Virus record (IMG/VR): IMGVR_UViG_3300024581_002845
Direction: 5' to 3' (one strand)
Origin: a virus
DNA: 23,708 bases
Under the pieces are notes generated by a model. That model was not told where the DNA came from. It saw only the letters and a list, made by a program, of their open reading frames with translations, and searched no databases. This document shows positions 8,530 through 18,033 of the stretch, piece by piece (positions within the stretch are counted from its first letter, which is position 1; each line of letters begins with the position of its first letter). Position numbers and translations under genes: made by a program.

Positions 8530-10193
8530 CGTTTGTAAATAATAAAATTCTGTAATATTAGGATGTCGATATCAACCTCTTCAAATGTTTTCATGGCATC
8601 TTGAGGTGTCAACACCATTGTTTTATCTTTTATATTGAAGGATGTATTTAGTAGGATTGGGTAGGAGGTTATTCTCTCAAACTCCCTAAGTAATGAGTGT
8701 ATTGGGTTATCTCTACTAACGGTCTGAACTCGAGCAGTACCATCAATATGTGTAATTGCGGGTAATTTATCTCGATACTCTTCTCTAACCCTCACTACTT
8801 GGTTCATGTACGGTATGTTTTGGTCGGATTCGAAAAAATCCGTTTGTCTCTCTTTTGTGACCATCGGGGCGAAAGGTCTAAATCCTTCTCTTTTTTTGAC
8901 TAAATCATTAATTCTTTTCTTCATTTTAGGGTTTCTCGGGTCGGCAAGAATTGATCTACCTCCTAATGCCCTCGCACCAAACTCAATTTCATTTTTAAAC
9001 CAACCTATAACCTTACCCCTACTTAATTCTTTTGATATGATCCTATTAATTGTATCGTTATTGGCGTAGAAACTTTTTGAATGTTTTATCTTCTTTTTAA
9101 AATCTTTATTGACGTTGAAAGATGGTCCCAAAAAAGGCGTTCTTGGTATTTTAACCTCAACCCCTTTATTCACGTAATAATTAATACAGGCCCCTATTGA
9201 TGATCCCGAATCTGAGGGTGATGGTGGTATCCAAATATTACTAAAATTAGTCCTAAATGGTATCTTACCATTTGCCAATCCGTTGTACGCACATCCACCT
9301 CCCAACATTATATTAGGTGTTTTGTGTAATTCTCTTAGGTAATTTAAAAATGAGAAAAGTACATCTTCGTATACCTCCTGAACCGCACGGGCCAAGTCTT
9401 TATGTTCTTTACTTATTTGGGTGTCGGGTAAACGTGGTGGTATTCCCAATAAAATGTATAGGTTCTTATTGTACATGATTTTATCTGATTTGTCCCAATC
9501 AAAATATTTCATGTCACAATGTATTCCACCATCATTAAAGTAAATGATCTCACTTAATTTGTTTTTAAGGTGGGTTCTTTTACCATACGCACCCAACCCC
9601 ATGACCTTATATTCACCTTCATTCGGTTTAAAACCTAAGTAAGATGTCATTGCTGAATAAAATAACCCTAAAGAATGTGGGTATTTGGATACGCCCGTCA
9701 CCTCGAGTTTAGACCCCCTAAAATAAGGGGCGAATGTTGTTGTTTCATATTCACCAACACCATCAATTGAGACGACTAAACCACTTTTGAATGGTGAACT
9801 ATAGGAAGAGTAATATATGTGAGAATCGTGGTGTTTACTGTAAAAAACATTCTTATTAAATGTCTTTAAATTTTTTTTAAGGTCATATATGTTCTTTAAA
9901 GACTTATAAAAGATCCTAATAGAGAAGATTGGGTTTTTGGTAATATTCTTCTTGGCGGTCTCCACCACTCTTTGGTGTTTTAGTTTAGGTTGTTCATAAA
10001 AACACACCGTCTCCAAATTCTCGTCAGTAACCCCATATTTCCTATAGATGTAGTCAATGGTTTTTTTAGGGAAAGACTTATCATGTTTAATTCCCGTAAA
10101 TTTCTCTTCTTCGCACGCAAATATTAATTTACCATCCTTGAATAGACAGGCAGCAGAATCATGATAATAAGCGGAAATCCCTATGGTGAACAT
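8526..10193 (-). CDS. O-carbamoyltransferase, NodU/CmcH/TobZ family
   Basis: GISAYYHDSAAC, EEEKFTGIKHD, HHDSH and DGVGE (Kae1-like metal site), EYKVMGL, GGCAYN, PSDSG, EFGARALGGRSILADP, KKREGFRPFAP, HIDGTARVQTV, LNTSFN; 555 aa. Confidence 0.96.
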   Translation of the reverse strand: MFTIGISAYYHDSAACLFKDGKLIFACEEEKFTGIKHDKSFPKKTIDYIYRKYGVTDENLETVCFYEQPKLKHQRVVETAKKNITKNPIFSIRIFYKSLKNIYDLKKNLKTFNKNVFYSKHHDSHIYYSSYSSPFKSGLVVSIDGVGEYETTTFAPYFRGSKLEVTGVSKYPHSLGLFYSAMTSYLGFKPNEGEYKVMGLGAYGKRTHLKNKLSEIIYFNDGGIHCDMKYFDWDKSDKIMYNKNLYILLGIPPRLPDTQISKEHKDLARAVQEVYEDVLFSFLNYLRELHKTPNIMLGGGCAYNGLANGKIPFRTNFSNIWIPPSPSDSGSSIGACINYYVNKGVEVKIPRTPFLGPSFNVNKDFKKKIKHSKSFYANNDTINRIISKELSRGKVIGWFKNEIEFGARALGGRSILADPRNPKMKKRINDLVKKREGFRPFAPMVTKERQTDFFESDQNIPYMNQVVRVREEYRDKLPAITHIDGTARVQTVSRDNPIHSLLREFERITSYPILLNTSFNIKDKTMVLTPQDAMKTFEEVDIDILILQNFIIYKR

Positions 10194-10209
10194 ATATTAG
10201 TAATTACTT

Positions 10210-10219
10210 AAAATATACG
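10210..10219 (-). promoter_or_regulatory. Possible internal promoter element upstream of the carbamoyltransferase
   Basis: CGTATATTTT in the only sizeable gap (10194-10243) among the enzyme genes. One mismatch to the Bacteroidota -7 consensus TAnnTTTG; no clear -33 TTTG. Confidence 0.25.
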
Positions 10220-10243
10220 TTTTTATGGGGAAAAAGAAAATGG

Positions 10244-11113
10244 TTATCTTAAATTAAAGTATATCCCGTTTTGTGGATTCGGATAGGTAATATCTTCATC
10301 ATCAAAATAAACTCTCGTGTCTTGTCTTTGGTGAAAAAGATTGGTCTTCTTTTCGAAGAAATGATTTACCCTGGCATGGTTAAATTCCGACATAGACTTC
10401 ACCTTCTCGTCCAATTCAATAATGGTTTTATCGTCAAGAACACGATCATACCCAATTCTTGGTATTAATATGTCATCTAACCAATTCACGTGTTCTATTA
10501 TTGTGGGGTGGTAGTCAATATTACCACCAAATTTATATATACCGTTTCTATCCCACTCATCACTTTCGGGGATTAAGTAATTTTTAAAGTCAATAACGTC
10601 TAATGGTGATTTACCCTTAACATATTCCATGTGATCTTTAATGTCTGAGTTCACATCACCCTCACCTATGTAATTATCGGTATATTTGAATACGTCGAAC
10701 ATAGCGGTAGTTATATGGGGGATTTTATTTACCTCTAAAAATGATTTAATTGCAAGTATGGTATTTAAACTTCTATGGATTAGGGATTCTTCAGTCCAAA
10801 GACTGTATTGATACTTTACCAACTCAGATGAAGTTGTCTGACCCCAACAAGACCAAGTACTAACCTTTTTATCACCATCACTGAGGTTGTTTATATCCCA
10901 CCTTATCAATGAAGGGTACATAATAACAACAGTATCATTCTCATCAATTTTATACTTATTTGTCGCCCAAATTAGTTTATTAAAGATTTGATCGTATCCA
11001 CCACCTGTTTGACCTAAGTTAATCCCTCTATTACCATAACATATAATGTCCGCCCATGTTATCCAATTATAGGAAGTGAAACTACAACCAAACGTAAAGA
11101 TTCTACCCATCAC
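10244..11113 (-). CDS. SGNH/GDSL-like protein (putative esterase or O-acyltransferase)
   Basis: IFTFGCSFT (block I-like), NLGQTGGG (block II-like), DYHP (block V-like). True start may be ATG at 11110. Confidence 0.6.
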   Translation of the reverse strand: MMGRIFTFGCSFTSYNWITWADIICYGNRGINLGQTGGGYDQIFNKLIWATNKYKIDENDTVVIMYPSLIRWDINNLSDGDKKVSTWSCWGQTTSSELVKYQYSLWTEESLIHRSLNTILAIKSFLEVNKIPHITTAMFDVFKYTDNYIGEGDVNSDIKDHMEYVKGKSPLDVIDFKNYLIPESDEWDRNGIYKFGGNIDYHPTIIEHVNWLDDILIPRIGYDRVLDDKTIIELDEKVKSMSEFNHARVNHFFEKKTNLFHQRQDTRVYFDDEDITYPNPQNGIYFNLR

Positions 11114-11844
11114 AATGAATTTATAAATTTATTAAAGTGAGGATAGAAGTACCCCTCAAAAATATCTTTATGTTGGTCACTACTGTAATGGTAATCTAAC
11201 TCAGGTTTACCGTATATTCTTTTTTCGTGTGTGTAAGTCGCAACACATTTATCAACAACATAGTCAATGTTATCTAAAACTCCCTGATAATGATTTTCCC
11301 TGTTTTTTTGTTTAAGTAATTCATCAAATTCCACAAACCAACTAAACACAAAAAGTTTTGTGTTGAACATTTTAGATAAACCTATAATTGATAGAAGTGT
11401 GTGAAAGATCTTTACCTTTAAATTATATCTCGTTGTAGTTATATTTTTTAATATGAAATCATCTACTTGAACATCCTCGTTTAGTAGTGAAGATAAATAA
11501 GTGTTATTATCGTATATATTAAAGGTATAATACAATACATCATCAAATTCACGATCCGAGTGGTACATTTGGTTCGGAGGTAAAGACATCTTATTGTAAT
11601 TAATATTAAAATCTCTTATACCTTGAGTAAGTCGGGCGGGTTCTGTTAATTGGACCACAATAACGTCAATATCGTTATTTGACAAAATATGATATAATTT
11701 ATCAATAAACATTTCATTCCCACCTCCCGGTGACGATGATGAAATCACATTGTATTTATCAGGATCTAAATAATCGTGGTAAGGTCTCCCAAATAAAAAC
11801 GATGAGTGACTACAACCAACTACCGCAACATTCGTTTTACTCAT
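11110..11844 (-). CDS. SGNH/GDSL-like protein, distant paralog of 10244..11113
   Basis: VAVVGCSHS, SPGGGNE, VVQLTEPAR, DYHY near the C-terminus; 4-nt overlap with the upstream gene. Confidence 0.6.
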   Translation of the reverse strand: MSKTNVAVVGCSHSSFLFGRPYHDYLDPDKYNVISSSSPGGGNEMFIDKLYHILSNNDIDVIVVQLTEPARLTQGIRDFNINYNKMSLPPNQMYHSDREFDDVLYYTFNIYDNNTYLSSLLNEDVQVDDFILKNITTTRYNLKVKIFHTLLSIIGLSKMFNTKLFVFSWFVEFDELLKQKNRENHYQGVLDNIDYVVDKCVATYTHEKRIYGKPELDYHYSSDQHKDIFEGYFYPHFNKFINSL

Positions 11845-13289
11845 ATCAATTTATTAAATTCCTTATATGGTATTTTGGGTTGTATGTCTTCCAATATTTC
11901 ACCTAACCTAAAAGAATTAAAAGAGGTTAAGTGGTTGAAGTTGTGTACTAAAATAGGTTCCATGTCTACATACATTTGTTTTAGCTCATTATAACCCATT
12001 TTATTTATATCTCTCATTATAGACATGATTTTATGGATTTTCTCCTTAAATGTTGGTGCATCGTCATAAGATTCATCCCAAAAATCATTAAATGTTTTAA
12101 ACCCTTTATCCCTTAAATGTTTCAAACTACCATTACTATTGACCATAATAAAAGGTTGTAAACAATACATTGGTTTGAATGTTTTTTCTGAGAAAAATAC
12201 TTCACCATTAACTTTGGTTTCAGAAACAATTGATAGGAATGTCTTTTTATGCATTCCAAGATCGATAGTCATTGCTTGATTTTCGGTGATATCTACGTCA
12301 TCAAAAGTTAAATTCTCGACAAACCCACTAAAAAAATCATTTATTAAGTGGGTCTCCTTTGTGGTGTAACCGTATATCTCATAGGATTGATATCTTGTTC
12401 TTTCCTCATTCCAAAAACTTAGGAACGTGTCTCTTTTTAATACATCATCATTCATCAACTCATACGTAATCAATCTTCGGTGTTGATGTGCTCTTCTTTG
12501 GTAACAAAGGAATTTTCTTTCGAAGGTTGGGTTTGTGTTCTTCAATGCAAATTTTCTGAAGTCATTTTGTATTTCCTCCGTATGTATGTCTCTCCTAACT
12601 TTGGTTATTTCGGTGTTCATGTTAATGAACCATGGGAAGTCCCAAAAATACATATAGGGTACAAACTCAAAATCAGAGATGGACAGATCCGGTGGTGTTT
12701 GGTCACCACAAAGAACTTTAAAATTATCCCTATTTAATTTATGTTTTTTTGAAAATGAGACTAACTCATTATAAAATTTAGTAGGTATTAAAGAAAAGGG
12801 TTCACATGCAGTATGCATTGCAATTACACCTAACCCTTCGTGAACCATTTCTAATACTTCATCAGGTATTCTTAAAATCCTAAATTCATTGGAATTGTTG
12901 GTGTCAATCACATAAACAAAGGGTATGTTTTTCCCTTTTATCTCATGGGTCAGTTTAACCTTTTCTCTTATTCGAAACCCCATGACGGTATTCATAAGTC
13001 TACCGCCCTCGATAGGTTCATAGAATATTGGATTCATTACGTCCCCATTCACTAACACTTTAAAATAGGATTGGTATTTATCCAAATCATTTGAGTTGAT
13101 TCGTTTTATTCCGGATCTTGATTCGAAATATTCAATATCAAACCCATTTGGATAATAGTCAACAAACCTACTCTGCCCTTTATGTGCACCGCTTGATTTA
13201 TCGAAAACCATGGTCTCAATATGGGCGTAATTATCGAAAAGATAATTGAACTTATAATCCATATTTGGACCACTCGGGTAAAAACTCAC
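11841..13289 (-). CDS. Uncharacterised protein with C-terminal GT10-like (GT-B) 'SEKT' domain; putative glycosyltransferase
   Basis: FLCYQRRAHQHR ... FLSIVSET ... FFSEKTFKP ... QPF ... GFKTF ... DESYD. Start may instead be ATG at 13262 (MDYKF), which gives an 11-nt rather than 38-nt overlap. Confidence 0.55.
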   Translation of the reverse strand: MSFYPSGPNMDYKFNYLFDNYAHIETMVFDKSSGAHKGQSRFVDYYPNGFDIEYFESRSGIKRINSNDLDKYQSYFKVLVNGDVMNPIFYEPIEGGRLMNTVMGFRIREKVKLTHEIKGKNIPFVYVIDTNNSNEFRILRIPDEVLEMVHEGLGVIAMHTACEPFSLIPTKFYNELVSFSKKHKLNRDNFKVLCGDQTPPDLSISDFEFVPYMYFWDFPWFINMNTEITKVRRDIHTEEIQNDFRKFALKNTNPTFERKFLCYQRRAHQHRRLITYELMNDDVLKRDTFLSFWNEERTRYQSYEIYGYTTKETHLINDFFSGFVENLTFDDVDITENQAMTIDLGMHKKTFLSIVSETKVNGEVFFSEKTFKPMYCLQPFIMVNSNGSLKHLRDKGFKTFNDFWDESYDDAPTFKEKIHKIMSIMRDINKMGYNELKQMYVDMEPILVHNFNHLTSFNSFRLGEILEDIQPKIPYKEFNKLI

Positions 13290-14460
13290 TCATTTTATTT
13301 TTTCTTTGGTTATCAAGTATCTTGGAGAACCTTATAAATTTATCAAACTCCTCTTGACTACTTTCTTTGAATAGTTCCGCCTTTAGACGATCGACCTCAT
13401 CTTCTCTGAGGTATTTTATATTGTTGATGATCTCGTCTTTCATTTCCTGAGGAATGATCGACACATGATGATGAGAGGGGTGATGTACGTAGTTGTGCGC
13501 AATTACAATATCATATTGATTGAAAAATTGTTTGAAATTATCAATATTGTAAACGTTTAAACAACTAACTGTTTGGCATATCTCCAATCTAAAGATGTCT
13601 TTATAATCCATGATCTTGTGGAAGTTTTTCATTATGTTACTCCAATTAGAACCATGTCTAATGTATTCATTCCTACCCTCAGTGTCATCAATTGATAGGT
13701 GTAACCTGACATGTTTAAATTTTTTCCATATCTCTATGAATTTATCAGGTATTGACCACATGTTTATACTGTAGTGTAGGTTCACATTTTTAGATCTCCC
13801 ATCCTCAATCAATTTTTCTAAGAAGTATGCGTGTTCCCTAATAAGGGTTGGTTCACCACCGTTTATCCAAACCTCTTCCAACCCATCACACTTAGTTAAT
13901 AGTTCGTCATAAAAATCATGACTTCTAAACCACTCCGTCCTTATATCACATTTGAAGTAATTTTTCTCAAACTCAGTGTCTTTAAATGCATCAACATCTT
14001 CATTCCATCTGTTACTACTAAAAGGGTTACATGTAACACATTTTAAATTACATACAGTCCCCAACCTAAGTTCGATGTATTTGTAGTTTACGTTTTTTAT
14101 TGTACCGTCTTCTTCTGTGTTTTTAATTGCGTCATCAATTAAATGTGAGAACTTTAAGTTACTCTCCATTCTCTTACTGTAAATTTTATTCTTCTCGTAG
14201 AAGTAACAAGTCTTACATTCGGATGGGAATTCACCTGAGATCATTTTTCTTCTTACTTCTTTAAAGTTTTTAGAGTTTGCAATATCCTCGAGTGAATCCT
14301 TATCTAAAAATAAATTTAGATCGTCTTTTTTGGCGGTACTCATATCATTCTCCATATCAGTGATACAACATGGTGTAACAGTCCCTATGGGATGAGTTGC
14401 TAAATGAATAAATGGTAAAACACAGAATGGTTTTCCGTCGAATTCTTCTTCGTTAGTCAT
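13252..14460 (-). CDS. Radical SAM protein with N-terminal twitch-like domain
   Basis: FCVLPF...TPCC...ECKTC precedes CNLKCVTC (CxxxCxxC); GGEP; SID...NEYIR. Confidence 0.9.
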   Translation of the reverse strand: MTNEEEFDGKPFCVLPFIHLATHPIGTVTPCCITDMENDMSTAKKDDLNLFLDKDSLEDIANSKNFKEVRRKMISGEFPSECKTCYFYEKNKIYSKRMESNLKFSHLIDDAIKNTEEDGTIKNVNYKYIELRLGTVCNLKCVTCNPFSSNRWNEDVDAFKDTEFEKNYFKCDIRTEWFRSHDFYDELLTKCDGLEEVWINGGEPTLIREHAYFLEKLIEDGRSKNVNLHYSINMWSIPDKFIEIWKKFKHVRLHLSIDDTEGRNEYIRHGSNWSNIMKNFHKIMDYKDIFRLEICQTVSCLNVYNIDNFKQFFNQYDIVIAHNYVHHPSHHHVSIIPQEMKDEIINNIKYLREDEVDRLKAELFKESSQEEFDKFIRFSKILDNQRKNKMSEFLPEWSKYGL

Positions 14461-14461
14461 T

Positions 14462-15541
14462 TTAATCTATTAATCTATCTTTCCACACATCATAATGTGT
14501 TGATTTAGGTTTATGGTTAGTGTTTAATAGGACAATCAAACTATCCTCATCTTCTTCATCAATCAGACAGGTAATGCCTCGTTTTATTAAAGAATTATAT
14601 AATAAAACCGCGGAAGATCCTGTTAGGTTATCTACACCAACCTTATAAGACAATCCAAATAACGACACCCCTTTCTTATTTGTTTTTTTTAGGTGTTTAA
14701 TGATTCTATTTGTTAACCACTCTACATGATCAAACCTTTCATTTACGATATTTGAAAATATACCGTTGTTTACATCATGACCACTAATAACCATACTATC
14801 TCTTGGGATGCATGGACCACCTGAAGGTAATCCCACATTCAAAAATTTAGGTGAATTAAATAGTGGGAACGTTTTAAGATTATCTAAAATATTTTGAGCG
14901 TCTCCACCGGTAATGTCTGTTAGTCTTTGAACAGAATTAACAAAACTTATTCTCAATGATGTGTAAGAATTATGTAACATCTTAATAAGTGATGCCTCCA
15001 AAGGAGAAACCTTATTCACATGACCAATAGTACCCACCTCTTCATACAGATCAATAAGTTTTTTATATGATTCCGAAAAACTCCCTATTATCACATTTTT
15101 TTGATCTTTTATTGATTGATATTCATTACCCCCTTCAAACATAAAAGGGTTATAGATTATATTCAAATAATTGTACTCTTCGAAGATACTTCTTATCTTA
15201 TCGGGTGAAATTGTTGAAGTGATGACTACGGTTACTTCAGTGTCTTTTATGTTATCGAGTATATTATCTACAGAATCGTAATTGTAGTCAAAACCAATTA
15301 ACTCTTTTTGATCTATCACTTTAGATCCATCATATTCTTCGGGTTGTGGTGTTGATACACAAATAAAAATGAGGTCTTTACCTGTGGTTGCATCATCTAA
15401 ATCCTGAAACTCGTAAGAATCAGATTTTCTGATAATGTCGTAGTATGATAACTTATGGTTACTATTATCACGAATGACATCATAAAGTGAGGTACCTAAC
15501 TTACCTAAACCAATGATTGATATGTTCGATGTTTTAATCAT
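14462..15541 (-). CDS. UDP-glucose/GDP-mannose 6-dehydrogenase family protein
   Basis: IIGLGKLG Rossmann motif, FICVSTP, TSTISP, EASLIKMLHN, GGPCIPRD (catalytic Cys), GLSYKVGVDN. Confidence 0.88.
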   Translation of the reverse strand: MIKTSNISIIGLGKLGTSLYDVIRDNSNHKLSYYDIIRKSDSYEFQDLDDATTGKDLIFICVSTPQPEEYDGSKVIDQKELIGFDYNYDSVDNILDNIKDTEVTVVITSTISPDKIRSIFEEYNYLNIIYNPFMFEGGNEYQSIKDQKNVIIGSFSESYKKLIDLYEEVGTIGHVNKVSPLEASLIKMLHNSYTSLRISFVNSVQRLTDITGGDAQNILDNLKTFPLFNSPKFLNVGLPSGGPCIPRDSMVISGHDVNNGIFSNIVNERFDHVEWLTNRIIKHLKKTNKKGVSLFGLSYKVGVDNLTGSSAVLLYNSLIKRGITCLIDEEDEDSLIVLLNTNHKPKSTHYDVWKDRLID

Positions 15542-17279
15542 TTAGTGTGTTAGGTAGGTATTTATATTCATTTATTAATTTTGTTTGGTATACTTCACGA
15601 GGGATATTGACAAACTTAGTATTTCTTAACTTCTCTAAAATAGAGTAGTTAAATGATGCGGTTTCTCTCGTTAGATGAAATATCTCTTCTGCGGTGTACT
15701 TATTAGAAATTCTAACCAATTCATTAATCTGAGCGTCGAATCTTTTGTCTAATTCAGGTATCGAATCGAAACTATAATCTATTAACTCGTCATATAATTT
15801 AAAACCATATTTTTCACTAAGTTTTTTATGGTAGTTCTGACACGAAAACACCATAAATGGTTTTTCTGACATTATGGGTCGAAGGGTTTTCTCAGTCACA
15901 AAAAAATAATCTGTGACTGTCTCAACCGCAATATCAAACGAACCCATCATATATTCAACAGGTGTTTTACTAATGTTAAACTCAATAGAGGGATCACTCT
16001 TATAGTTTAAATCGATGTTTTTATCCCAATGAAGTGGGTGATACCTCAAAAACCCACCTTTCTTATCTGTATACGAAAACGATGATTCATTATACGATCT
16101 AATAGTACTATCAACTCTTAAACATAGATTTGTCTTTTCATTTAGTTTAGTTTCGTATAGTTTTTCCGCAATATACCCTCTCCATTCTCTACCTGCCTTG
16201 ATGAATGTCATAATAGAAAAGTGTCTTGACGGTATGATGGTTTTAAGTAATTCAAAAGTTGCTTCCTTATGATGTTTACCATAAAACATCAAACTTGGGA
16301 AACGGTATGGTTGTGATTTTGCAAAGTAGTCAACACTGTCCCATGTCACTACTTTTATATTATCACATCTTTTGTTGATTTCCTCGTCGAACTCCGATCC
16401 ACAATAATAGGTTAGATACTTCTCACACATTTTCAAATCATTATCCAACTCAATAAAATAATCAAGGTGATTTCTCTTATGGTAATAAATCATATATTCT
16501 TGGGGTAGAATAATATTGAAATATTTTTTTGGTGATTTAATAATATCTTGAATCATTTTACTTTCGTAATAGTATCCGTCCCATACATCAAAATTATGGG
16601 TATCTAAAACCTTTTTACTAAAGATGTTTTGATTTCTTAAGTCTTTATAGTCCTCGTGTGAGGCACACATAATAACATCCTCCCCAATCCTGTCCGAATG
16701 TAGTATTGACAATCCTTTTTTGGCGTCCTCGGGGGTCATATACATGTGATACCCATAACAATCGAATTCGTCATTATCGTACTTCACTTCTTTGTGTCTA
16801 CCGTCATAGATCATCGTTCTTGCCCAACCTTCGAATCCCGCATCGTTAGTTAGTATCATACCACCCTTACCGATGTTTATTATTTTCCTATGGTGAAATG
16901 AAAGTATTTTATAGTGAGGGTCTTGGTGAGATATTGCAGAGTTTTTTTCGAACTTACATGCGGAATCGATAATTCCCGTCTCACCTATTTCATATTCACC
17001 ATACCACTCCATACCGACTAATTCGGGGTAGTTACCTGAATGTATGATCTGATTAGGTACAGACACATAAGTGTTAGCAGGTATTCTAATTTTTTCGTTT
17101 TTTATACCTAAGTACTCAAGACAAAGTTTAATTGCGTTGGTGTTGGAGTCACACGCGATTGCGAAACCATAACCACAATATTCCTTTATTGCATTTTCGA
17201 AGGAAGTGACGTAATCCCATGGATCATCAATCCCATATTTTTCGATTATTTGTTCTTCATTCAGTCTTTCGAAACTCAT
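15534..17279 (-). CDS. Fusion: shortened DegT/DnrJ/EryC1/StrS PLP-dependent aminotransferase + GT10-like 'TEKT' domain
   Basis: N-terminal ~220 aa: FENAIKEYCG, ACDSNTNAI, PANTY, IDSA, SFHHRK (PLP Lys), GKGGMILTND. C-terminal: FDIAVET...FVTEKTLRP...KPF...GFKLY...DYSFD. Confidence 0.8.
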   Translation of the reverse strand: MSFERLNEEQIIEKYGIDDPWDYVTSFENAIKEYCGYGFAIACDSNTNAIKLCLEYLGIKNEKIRIPANTYVSVPNQIIHSGNYPELVGMEWYGEYEIGETGIIDSACKFEKNSAISHQDPHYKILSFHHRKIINIGKGGMILTNDAGFEGWARTMIYDGRHKEVKYDNDEFDCYGYHMYMTPEDAKKGLSILHSDRIGEDVIMCASHEDYKDLRNQNIFSKKVLDTHNFDVWDGYYYESKMIQDIIKSPKKYFNIILPQEYMIYYHKRNHLDYFIELDNDLKMCEKYLTYYCGSEFDEEINKRCDNIKVVTWDSVDYFAKSQPYRFPSLMFYGKHHKEATFELLKTIIPSRHFSIMTFIKAGREWRGYIAEKLYETKLNEKTNLCLRVDSTIRSYNESSFSYTDKKGGFLRYHPLHWDKNIDLNYKSDPSIEFNISKTPVEYMMGSFDIAVETVTDYFFVTEKTLRPIMSEKPFMVFSCQNYHKKLSEKYGFKLYDELIDYSFDSIPELDKRFDAQINELVRISNKYTAEEIFHLTRETASFNYSILEKLRNTKFVNIPREVYQTKLINEYKYLPNTLND

Positions 17280-18031
17280 TTCTCAACGGTTTTGTCAATA
17301 GGTTTCCCTTCATTTTCATCATAGTAATATAGACTTCTATGTGGTAAATCGTCTTTCTTATATTCTGAGGAACTCACATAGAAAAAGAATCTAAATCCAT
17401 CTCTATAATGACCTTCAGGACAGTTTAGGGGATTAGGGTGTCCGTGGTATCCAAGTTTGTCGTACTGCCACACTAACATATTACCATTAGAGGGGAATAT
17501 TGAATGTACTTTACCACTTCTATCTTTGTCCCATAATTGTAAATCACCATTCCAACTCTCATCCCATTCGGGATTTAGATAAAAGATCACACTAAGTGCC
17601 CTATGTAAGTACAATTCATTGTTCCAATTGAAATCAGTGTGGATTTTAAGACTATCACCTCTACCACATCTCATGTAACCCGCACCAACCAATGAAGGAT
17701 CCGATATTAAACCTTTAATACCTGTAATATCTTCTAAAAAACTAATGAATGTTTTAGAGTGAACCGCACTTATTAAATTCTCCGCATGTTCAAATTCATG
17801 GTTATCCAATATCTCAAACATGTTTGAACCTGCACGTGTAAATATTTTATGATTGTCTTTATTAGTGGTGTATTCGTGATCCAATTCATTTTTTAGGGAG
17901 ATTACAACATCATCACTCAAAAATTCAGGAAATACATACCATGGGACCGGATTATTGGTTTGGAAAGTCTTCCTTATTTTATCTCTGTCAAAAGTTTTTA
18001 AATCATGTTTAATTAAATTTTTAATGTTCAT
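17276..18031 (-). CDS. 2-oxoglutarate/Fe(II)-dependent oxygenase
   Basis: HTD (HxD) ... YLNPEW..WNGDLQLW ... YHGHP (distal His) ... R (2OG binding). Confidence 0.9.
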   Translation of the reverse strand: MNIKNLIKHDLKTFDRDKIRKTFQTNNPVPWYVFPEFLSDDVVISLKNELDHEYTTNKDNHKIFTRAGSNMFEILDNHEFEHAENLISAVHSKTFISFLEDITGIKGLISDPSLVGAGYMRCGRGDSLKIHTDFNWNNELYLHRALSVIFYLNPEWDESWNGDLQLWDKDRSGKVHSIFPSNGNMLVWQYDKLGYHGHPNPLNCPEGHYRDGFRFFFYVSSSEYKKDDLPHRSLYYYDENEGKPIDKTVEK

Positions 18032-18033
18032 TA

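Noticed and set aside
8526-18031. DNA hypermodification cluster (phage carbamoyltransferases and 2OG oxygenases can modify cytosine derivatives)
   Set aside because: No thymidylate-synthase-like hydroxymethylase, TET/JBP-like enzyme, nucleotide kinase or replication gene in the window; context is sugar enzymes plus a structural gene. Ranked lower, not excluded.
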